A program made the position numbers and the translations under genes. DNA of 62,269 nucleotides, counting the filler. It is 4 parts of 4 records of this genome, joined end to end, with 100 filler letters (N's around TTAATTAATTAA, not from the genome) between each part and the next. Parts side by side here need not be neighbours in the genome. Positions count along the whole stretch, not along the records: positions 52,806 to 62,269 come from DRR378314_587; 3 more parts are not named here. The stretch is one strand, 5' to 3'. Positions 52,833 through 62,269 of the stretch are shown here, piece by piece. How positions within the stretch are numbered: position 1 is the stretch's first letter; every line of letters starts with the position of its first letter. A model generated the notes under the pieces. That model saw only the letters and a program-made list of their open reading frames with translations, was not told where the DNA came from and did no database searches.

Positions 52833-54689
52833 ACGGGGACACGTTCGCCTCTACTTCACTAAAAGCGTAGCGGCTACACAGGCACGTCCCTCTTGGCCGG
52901 AGAGACGGCATGTTTGACCAGCACCAATCATCCTGACGCAAGTCGGCTCGTCTGGTTTCCAGGGCGTACAAAGATGTTACCCCCTATCGCGCGGCGCAAT
53001 GCGGAGAGGCATCCCTTTACTATGGCCCGTTCCTACGGAAACTGTAGTTTTGGATCGTGTTGGTATCCAGGAAGAATGATGATGTAGTGACCTGCGTATC
53101 CCAAAACAGGAACGTGTGGGCGGCTGCCCCCTTCCCGTTCAGCAATGGCTGGGCACGTCCAGTGCTGTGAGAGAGGGGCCACAGTGGCAGCCACCATCAA
53201 AACTTGGGAGATGAAGATGGTGCTGCCACGCATCAACATAAGAGATGATTTCCTTGAACATGTTTCCTTTGCAGGAGAAAATCAGAGTGGGCTGGGAAAG
53301 GGTCGCTGTTGGAAAGAAAGCCAACCATTTCCCTTTTTCGGCAATCGTGCATTTGAAGTAGGCGGCATGCCAGCTCACTATGAGCCTCGTTTGCAGGGAA
53401 TGGTCCCGCGCGTTCTCTGCTGCAGATTGAAGAATTCGTCGCTCCCTTGCCTATATCGTGTTGTTGTTTTTTTAAAAAAAGAACGCATTTTAGATCTGGA
53501 AAAACTAATTTTGTTTGTGTTTGCTGCGCTCGTCCAGCAAGTGTACGGGAAGCAAAAACTTCGGCCTCGCCAGCTTGCGTCGTTTCCCGAAATGGATCTG
53601 ACTGAGCTGCGAGCGAGTGATCAAGTATGCCTTGCCGGCGAAATTGCGCGAATGACCGTCTCGTCAAAGCCACGGACCCCAGATTGCAAGCTCAGGCGAC
53701 TGTAAATGTACAGCCGTGGAACAAATACAAGGAATATCTCATTTTCTCCTTTTTGTATGAATGGCAACACGTGAGGAGTACATAATTCTCGTTCCACGCT
53801 TCTCGCTGGAACTACGCCGTCGAGCCCTGGTTCACGCACCCTCCCTTTTGCGAGTAGGCCGCTGTTTGCAAGGCGATACCTGAGTTGGCAAGAAAGGAAC
53901 TGCGCGTCCAGCTCTCTATGTGCTACGGACGGGAGAGCGGGGTATGGCAGCATACCAAACCCTGGACGATAGGGTTTGGTGACCCTGCGTTCACTTTTGG
54001 CGCCTGGAGCGAAACCAAGTCAGCAGCTCGTGCTGCCTCACGTACAGCGTATACTCCTCGCACGCGAGGCTGTGGAGGTATTGCCGCTCCCGGCCAGCTC
54101 CGCTCCCCGCTGGAAACCACGTTTTGTTCCCCCTCCTATTCTATCGCTTATCTGGAGAACGACAAACTACGAAAAACGCGAGGATTTAGTTGATAGCACA
54201 AGAGAAGCTACCGGCGTCGCGGGTGACGACGCAGCCCTTCGACCGCAGTGGTGCAGCATAGGCGCGCGAGTGGTTGGCGGTCGAGCATTGCGATTGAGTC
54301 GGAGCGCCGCGTGGGCGCGCTCTGTCAAAGCAAGCAAACCTTTTGCAATTCCCATAAATCCTTTCCCCGAAATTTCCTTTTTTCGAACAGGAGGAACAAA
54401 AAATGATGCTATAACGCAAATCCGTTTTTCTGTTGCTGTGAATTTCGGAGTCGAAGGTCTATCCACACGATTGAGTGGCTTTTGTGACTGAGCTCGCGAA
54501 AGCGAGAGGCCGACACAACGTATCAATAGCAAACGTGGTGTTGTCGGCGTCGCTCTCGTATTACTGCTGAAAAATAACGAATCCTGTGAAACTAGCAATA
54601 GGCATAAAAATATTAGAACAAAGAAGACATAGATTGAGAAATTGAAGGTTTTCAAACACAAGTTTGACCGGACGCCGGGTTGACGCGAG

Positions 54690-57631
54690 ATGGTGTCTGT
54701 GCAGCGCACGCCGTCGCGTTCCTCGCCAGGCAGCGGGCCGACCGCAAGCGCCACCGGCCCTGGCACGCCACTAGATCAGCTCCTCGAGCGTGCGTCAAAG
54801 CTGTACGAAGACATTGACAAGTCAATGCATGCAGATGAATCTAAACACTCTATCGAAGTAGATAAGCGAGGGCTGAGCTCGGTAGAGCCTCCGGGGGACA
54901 AGAAGTCAACGTCGGAACGTGATTCTGAGCAAGGCACCGCGAAAACCCACGCCGAACAGCCTGAGGGCAGAGGCGGCGATCCACCTAATGCGCTCTTCCT
55001 GGATGCAGCTGAGACGACCAGCACACAGGCGAGTACAGACCGCGATGCGAGTGACGCCCGTCGCCAAGCTATTGCGCATATATCTCAGAATTACGAGACG
55101 CAACTCGATGAGCAGCGCAAGTTATTTTCTTCGCAGATGGCGAGCCTCCGCACTCTACTGGAAAAGACCAAGAGCGAGCACGAGCAAGAGCGTGACCATG
55201 CGAATGCAGTGCACGAACGAGTCCTGGAAGAAGCACACAAGGCGGAAAGAGAATTGAGGTACTATCGCATGGGATCGCTGCTTGCGTTTCCTCTTGCTCG
55301 CAATACCAAGTGAATAAGGATATCTGATATCTAGTTCAGACGGGGACGGTCCTCGAACTTGTGCGTGGCTTTTTCGCGCTGCGACCGACTCGGCCGAATT
55401 CGCGTTGCGATACGGCCTTCTTTCGCAAGCGAGTGTAAGTTTACTGCATTTTGAGTGGGTTCCAACTTTTTGTGCGACAAACAGCACCGCCGTACTGTTG
55501 ATGGTGCCTGAAAAACCACACGCGCTCTTGTTCGTCGCGGCTCTCTCTGTAGGAATGAAGTGCGCGAACTCCGCGAGAAGGTACTCGCTAGCGATCAAGT
55601 CCGCAGTGACACCATTGCAGCTATGCAGTCGAAATACGAAAAGGAGATTGCCGAGCTCGGTCGTCGTCATAGACTACACGACCAAGAGCGGGAGCAGCAG
55701 CACGAGAATGCTGTCAAGGCACTTGAGCAAAAATACAAGGAGCAAGCCGAGCAAGCCAGTAACGAGAGGTACGCTGTTCAGCAAAGGCGCAAGGGGATTG
55801 TCGTGCGGACGCAATGGAGCACGGTAGAGAAATCTCTCAGCTTATCGCGATTGGCAGCAAGGTACACCTATGACAACCAAGGCTTGAAGTCACGTTCGCG
55901 CACGCTGTAGCACTTGAGGGGCGACTGATGTGGCTACGGAAGCGGCTAGTTGGACCACATTCGCGCGTGCGATCACACACGTTTTCTTCTTGCGTATCAT
56001 AAGATGCCCTATGTACCTGGTGTAAATGATCGAGTACAGTATTACGTTTCTCGAAGAGGTGCGTCGAAATGCAAAGAGAGCTGATGACGAGCGAGAGGGG
56101 AAGCTCGATGAGCTTCGGAGCACATATCGAGGGCAGGTCACCAAGCTTCAAGACCTTCTTGCTTCTGCAGAGGAGCAGCTTGCAAAAACAAGGTGCGTGC
56201 CTGCATCGATCGACGAAAAATTCCTCGACACACGTACCCGTGGCTGGGGAAGGGGCGAAATTACAGAAAAGTACACACGCCAATATACTCATTTGATGAG
56301 CAACAAGCGCTCGAAGAAGGAAAATAGCGCTTGCAGCGCTTCGTATGACGGGCGAGGTCTGATCGGTGCAAAACGGAGAGAGTGCACTGTGGTCCGGAGC
56401 TTTCGCGAATAGACATGAGATGAGCTGTACCGGGAATCTTGTCGCATGGGATCTACGCGTAGCATTTTTTGAGTTGTTGAGCTCACTATGTGTTGAGAAA
56501 TTTACCGGTAGGGACAAAATCCTGGGTATATGTTGCGGTAGTCAACGCTATGAGGTGTGCGTTTTCTGATCTGCGCATCTGAATATGGGAGAATGTAATT
56601 TTATCCGTAGCCCATTCTGAGAATATTGGGTTTGCATGATTCATTCTTGATATACATTTTTGTCTCGATAAAATGGCTGAGATACTTCGTTTCATTACTT
56701 GTCTCCGGATGTGATGCAGAGATGAACTTGATCAAGTCAAAGCTCGAGCAGCACGCGACCTGGCGAGGCAACGAACGGAGAGTGCCCAAAGCGTCGCCGA
56801 AGCCGAAGAGCGCGCTCGGGATGCCGAAGAGAAACGCGAAGCGCAGCATTCGGAAGCTGATGCACTTATTCGTAGGCTTCGTGATACGCTACAGAAAACG
56901 GAAGAAGCACACGCTCTACAGATTCGGAAAGTCAAAGAAAATCACCAAAGTGAATTGCAATCGGCTCGGGAGAAATTGCAAGATTGTATCCAATCAACTC
57001 GGGCGCGTGAGATGAAAACCGATGAACTCTTGCGCAAGAGTGAAGACGCCCGAAGGAGCGCGCAAAGTGCACTTGCGCAAGCAACAAAAAGGATGGCAGC
57101 TATGCAGGAGGTAAGTGCATCTGGACAGTCGCGCTGCGCGCCACACGCGTGCGCTGAAGTGGGCAAGCGCGTATGGAAGCTGCGAACCGTGTGCGCGCAA
57201 TGGGGGCCGCAGTGCACATGTCTCGGATGGATTGGAGGCCATAAGAAACTACAAGCTTGTGGGAGTTTGCAGTTTTCTTGCAAGGATGTCGAATATTCGT
57301 ACCGTATTTCGACACTATATGTTCCGTTGGGTGTCACGCTCACAGTGCTCTTTTGCATCTTGGCTCTCTCACATTCCAGCTTGTGGAGGGCGAGCGGGAG
57401 CAAGCTAAGCGCTCCACTGCGACGCAGCGCGAACAAATCCGACAGCTGCAGCATCGCTGCGCAGCTCTGGAGGAAGAGCTTGCCCTCTGCGTGAAGGAGC
57501 GCGATCTGGCGGAGAGTGAATCGCAGCGTATGCAGGCACAGGCGACTTCGTACAAGCTTGAAGCAGAGCGTGCACGAAGCTTTCTGTACGGGCGGAAACG
57601 TGCGCCCTCGCAGCCGAAGAAGAGCCGCTGA
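54690..57631 (+). CDS. Eukaryotic coiled-coil protein, 5 exons
   Basis: Phase-consistent GT-AG junctions ELR|NEVRELREK, NES|ITFLEEV, KTR|DELDQV and MQE|LVEGERE; E/K/R/Q heptads throughout. Confidence 0.82.
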
Positions 57632-58162
57632 TCTATCGAACCCTTCTCCCCACTGCGGGAGAGCCTGTAATGAATTCAAGCTCGTTTCGCGTCTCCAATT
57701 CGATCATGTTCCCACTCCCATTGCGCGTACCGCGCATTATCAGCTCAAAGGATACGTTGCGAGACTGCTGGGACCATTTTAAGTGCACGAGAAATCGCTC
57801 TTTCTCTCGAGTGCTCGCTTGCAGGAGTTCGGCAGCGAATCGAGATCACACTTGCGTATGCAGGAGCACGTGAGCAAGTCCACAACAACAACTTCAAAGC
57901 GAAAACGGCGTCGGGAAAGAACGGAGCGCTCCAAAGAGCAAGCCTTTAAGGAACAGAAGGCATTCATTCACACATGGAAAGGCATCACATGGGTTGCAAC
58001 GAATACAATTCCCACAATGATGCGCAGATCTCTCTACAGGCGCAACGACAGGCTTGGAAACGAACTCGCGAATGCGATTTTTCCTGCCGCGCACGCGTAT
58101 GGAAGCGCCGCCGATTCACGAGATGCGGTTACGGGGCTCACAGGGGATGACAAAATTGTGCA

Positions 58163-61100
58163 TCAGCGTTTTCTGGGGTTTCTCGCATCTCGCGCATCGA
58201 TTGCAGCAGCGCTACTAGCCTCATGACCTGTCTGACCGCGCACTCTGGAACCCGAGTGCCCTGTGATCCACGTTGGCGACGTTGAGAAAAGAGATGCTCC
58301 TTGCTCGTCGCCTGCACGGCGCCGATCGATGGGAACCGGCGCGGTAGTGGGCGCAGGAGGATGTCGCGAATCGTCGTCTTGAAATGGAGATCCAGCATAC
58401 GCGTCACTGGCGCGAGCAGACGGCGACTGCACACTTCCGACGATCGTTTCCGTCTCTAGACTGTAGTCCGAGGGAGCATACATGCTGAACTGTTCTTCGT
58501 GCACTGCCTGCGCTTGGTCCTGCGAACGCCAGATATCTAGCAACGAGGACACACCGCCGTCAAGGCCGGAAAAAGGCGAGTACCACTGCGCCACATGCGC
58601 ACTCTCGCTTTCCGCATACGCACTATAGCTCTCAGACAGCCCCGTAGCGGCGCGCTCATTCCAGCGCGATGCTCCGCTTCCCTCCGGGGGCGAGTTGCCG
58701 TCTTGCGCGAATTCGCCAAGTCCAGCCGCAGTCCAAGGCGACAGCGTCCGCTCCAGCGACGGAATATTCTCGCTGTCGACGCGCAGGTCATCCGCCACGG
58801 AGCCGAGCAGCTGCGCTGCCAGTTCCGAAGTGGGAGAAGTTGGCAGAGAGTCCAGCGACAATCGCTCCGCTTGGCCGGCGCGATTCTCTGCGCCCGAAGA
58901 GTCGCTCTTGTGCGCGGTGACGAACCTCTGCGGCTCCGCCGCGGCGGGCAGGGGAGGCTGCGCAGATTCCGAGCGCGGGCTCCTTCGGGTCCTCTGCTTG
59001 CCGGATTCGACTGCCTCCCTCACTGGTGGCTTCGCGGCAACATGCAGCGGTCCAGTGCGCTTGCCGCCAGATGCGGCGAGTACATCTTTCTTCGCCGGCT
59101 CCGCGCCCCGCGCCGCGGGCTTTGCGACAGGGGCGGCCGACGGACTCTGCGGGGCACCGCGCCCTTTCTCCGACAGCGGCGACTTCTTCACCGCCGCTTT
59201 TGCCGCGGGCTTGCCAGCTTTGGGTTGCTTCGCAACCGGCCGCCCCGCACCGGCTTTGCTCCGCTCACCACGCTGCGGAGAGCTTTCTGGCGCAGGCGAA
59301 GACGCGGGCACAGCCTCCTTCGCCCGACTTCCTCCTTTTCCGCCCTGGTTTCGGCCAGGCGGCGCAGTGCCGTCGCGCTGCGCCGCCGCGCGCTCCACCC
59401 CGGTCTCGGCTGCCCGCGGTTTCTTCTCCGACGGCGCCTTCGTCGCGGACGGACGCTGCGGCTGGCGAACGGGCGCAGGCGCGCCTCGCTGCTTTGGCGG
59501 CGGCGGGGTCTTGGCAGCGGCGCGCGTTGCCGCGGGCGGCTGCGGCGAGGGCGCTCGACCGCCTTTGGCGACAGGTTCCGCAGCAGCGGCACTTTGCGCA
59601 ACGTTCAGCGGCCGTGCGCCGTCGCGCGTCTCGCTCGGCGCCGCCGTGCCGCTCTTCTGGTTGGACGCCGCGGCGGGACTGTTTTCCTGGCTCGTCTCAC
59701 TACCCGCATCGACCACGCGCGCGATCAATGCGCCTATCACCGGCGCGACCTCGCGCTTTCCCCGCGCGTGCAGTGTCGCACCGACACACATGCGGTCGAC
59801 TGCAGGAAGCTCGGCGTTGCGCATGCGCTGTATCTTCGCGCGGACGTTCGCGGGCAGCCGCGAGCGCGTACTTGCGTCGGTTTGCGGCGCAGCGGGCGGG
59901 GCCGCTTGCCTTTCGCTTGCGCCAGAGCGAGCCTCGTGTTCATAAATACAGGCAGCGACATCACTTCCAAGCCATCGCGGCTTATCGTCGTCCTTTGCCG
60001 CGCTCCGCACCAAGTTGATCAAGGGGATCGTCACGAGGACGGCGACGAAGAGTGCCGCTCCGAGCGGTAGTACTCGACCGTTCTGCGCCATTCCTGCGGC
60101 AGCGAGTGCTCGCTGCATGGCCTTGAGCGCCATGGGCTGAATAATAACGCGTACGGGAACCTTGAGAAGGCCCAAGGAGGACACAATGTGTACATGCCTG
60201 GTGAAATTCACACCGACCGCGTCGCTTTGGTACTTGAGATGCACCGGAACGGAATCGCCGGGCTGGAGGAGCATCTCCGACGCGCCCACGACGTTGAACC
60301 CGTACGCTTGCCGTTGCGCCCCATTGACACCGACATTATATATGGCGACCGGCATGCGACCCGAATTCATGATGTGGAATGTGCGCTGGACCCACGGAAG
60401 CGATGCGCGCGAGAAAAACGCGCCTGCTTCGACGTCGCTCTTCACACGCGCGGCAAACTCATCTGCAAGAACCATGGAGAGACTGGCTCGCGGCCGTCCG
60501 TCCACTTCCACAGTCAAATTTCCTGTGGCGCCGTCACCAGAGACATCGACTGCTTCGAGCACTGTGAGATTGTTGTATATGTAGAGCACTGCGTGGCTCT
60601 CGCCGAGAGAGAGCGGACGAAATCGTATCGGTCCGATGCGCGCACATTCATCTGGCGCCAAGATTCGCTCTCTCGCCGCAGGATCTGCGCGAGGACGAGG
60701 AAGGAGAGCGCGCACACCGTAGACAACGCGAAGAGAAAAAAAACGTGAGCGCGAGAAACCAGAGCAAACGGGAGAGAGGGACGGGAGAGAGAGAGAGAGA
60801 AAGAGGGGCTGAGAGAAGGCGCGACAGCCTCGCGCGCAACGACAGCTCTTCTCGAATACAGCGAGCAAAATTTTCGACTATGATCTTGTGGAAGAACGGC
60901 AGACCTACGATTGGCGCGAGCACCAGGAAGTAGGCGGAATGCGGGTGGACGCCGCGTCCTTTGCGCAACGAGCAGCTCCCTCTCCCTGCGCTCCGCCGAT
61001 CGCGGCGAAGCGAGAGCACGCGGCGACGCGCGAACGCGCAGCGCGCGTACCGTGCATGGGAACGCGAAACGCGCAGCGACATCGCTGCTGCCGACTCAGC

Positions 61101-61860
61101 GTGCGCGTGCGCACCCGCGCCGCTTGCTCGCTCGAGCAGCACACGCCGAACGGAGCGCTCGGGGAGCGCAGCATGTGCGCGTGCGCCTCTTCGATCCGCG
61201 CGATTTGGTCCGCCGTGTACTCGGAGGACGGGTCGAGGAACGGCAGCGGGAAGACGGCGAGCGGGACTTCGAACGGGTTGCACGCGGTCACAAACGCCTC
61301 GCGCTCCGCGCGCAGCTGCGTGAGCGAGAGGGCGATCGACGCGTTCTGCACGACGCGCGGCACAATGACGCGCGCAGACACCGGCACGTCCAAACGCTGC
61401 ACAGCATCGGTACGCAGCGTCACAGAGGAGCGGATGGAGAAGAGGCCCTTTGTCGCGCCGGCCTCGAGGGCCTGTCGCAGCGCTTTCATGCGCTGCAGGT
61501 CGGCCGGCGTGATGATGCGCGGCGCGCCGGGCGCGCGCGGAGCGAGCTCGCGGAGGACCGCGGGCAGGTCGGGATGCCACGTCGGATTCAGCGACACTTC
61601 GATCGCGTGCGGCGAGAGTCCCGGTGCGAGGAGCGGGTCGCGCACGCGCACGCGGACGCGCCGGTCTGATGTGAGCGATCCGCGCACGCGCACATCGTGC
61701 TCGAAGTCGTTGCGGAGCGCGAGGAGCTTCACAGTCGTGCGATGCATGCACACTTTCCCCATATCGAGGCTGCTCGGCTCGGGCGAGATCGATCCCGGCG
61801 CGATGCGGTAGCGGACGCGGACGCTGATCAGCTCGTGGTTGGTCCGAATTCTGATCCACC
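58163..61860 (-). CDS. TMEM131-like membrane protein, spliced, 5' part incomplete
   Basis: Tandem Ig/PapD-like segments (ALRNDFE, ACNPFEVPL, YIYNNLTVLEAVDVSGDG, FHIMNSGRMPV), one TM (LGAALFVAVLVTIPLI), long A/P/K/S-rich tail; 5' boundary approximate. Confidence 0.7.
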
Positions 61861-62212
61861 CCGCCCCAACATCCGCCGACGTCGCATTCAACTCCAGAAC
61901 AACATCGGTGGTCGACTGCGGGGCGAGTTGGACGGGAAGCGGCGACGCGCTGCCGTCGTCGGCGCACGGTGCGTGTCCGCGCCCGCGCTGCGCCTTACCC
62001 GCCGCCGCGTCCCCGCCAACGCACCACAGTACGCGCTGCAGCGCCCGCGAACAGACGTAACGCACCGCCGCGAGCACGATGAGGAACGACGCTCTCCCAG
62101 CTCGCAAGGCATGTGAAGGATGGGGGGGGGAAGCGCGAAAGAAACGAGAGGTCACACGAACGGCGAATCACCGAGCATGTCACAGACCGAGAGCAGTGAC
62201 GCGACGAGGACA

Positions 62213-62269
62213 ACACTCTCCTAGCGATGCAGACGGAGAAATGACACTCTCCTAGCGATGCAGACCGAG
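62213..62269. repeat. 31-nt tandem repeat (~1.8 copies visible) at window end
   Basis: ACACTCTCCTAGCGATGCAGAC(G/C)GAG at 62213 and 62244. Confidence 0.8.

Noticed and set aside
52833-54689. Possible spliced minus-strand gene (fragments such as YAGHYIIILPGY and IALQTAAYSQKG)
   Set aside because: Splice-like sites exist, but I could not build a phase-consistent model or recognise a family
58595-60070. Long + strand ORFs over the TMEM131-like tail
   Set aside because: Very GC-rich, low-complexity antisense frames
62213-62269. CRISPR array
   Set aside because: Units are directly adjacent with no spacers, the context is eukaryotic, and there are no cas genes

Overview
This window is not one genome. 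It is four contigs joined by identical artificial 100-nt spacers (N44-TTAATTAATTAA-N44) at 10765-10864, 23497-23596 and 52706-52805. (1) 1-10764 is an intron-rich eukaryote, probably a protist: a class I HDAC head-to-head with a CsgA-like SDR, a WD40 gene and orphan genes. (2) 10865-23496 is a Rhodobacteraceae-like alphaproteobacterium: crcB, multicopper oxidase, rarA, degP, class I DAHP synthase, a double-CHASE3 chemoreceptor, an epimerase, a DmdA-like demethylase, phnA, a Lys-rich orphan and rplQ. (3) 23597-52705 is a Marinobacter-like gammaproteobacterium: tRNA-Asp end, AraC regulator, fadH, the nadK-to-pepN cluster, DUF1329-YCF48-MMPL, TAXI-TRAP, thrS-infC-rpmI-rplT-pheST-ihfA-merR, a VOC gene and a tRNA-Pro end. 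(4) 52806-62269 is eukaryotic again: a spliced coiled-coil gene and a TMEM131-like gene. Taxon assignments come from gene content and order, not from a search. The most interesting signals are small and missing from the ORF track. One is an apparently leaderless 25-aa leader peptide (FAQFWYYFY) with attenuator architecture upstream of the DAHP synthase, which could sense all three aromatic amino acids. Another is a ~89-nt PrrF-like sRNA candidate under a near-perfect Fur box, lying antisense between the rhomboid gene and yeaC; its seed is complementary to the RBS of the Fe-S enzyme gene fadH. There is also a thrS operator with two tRNA-Thr anticodon mimics and a 28-aa microprotein that is 50% acidic.
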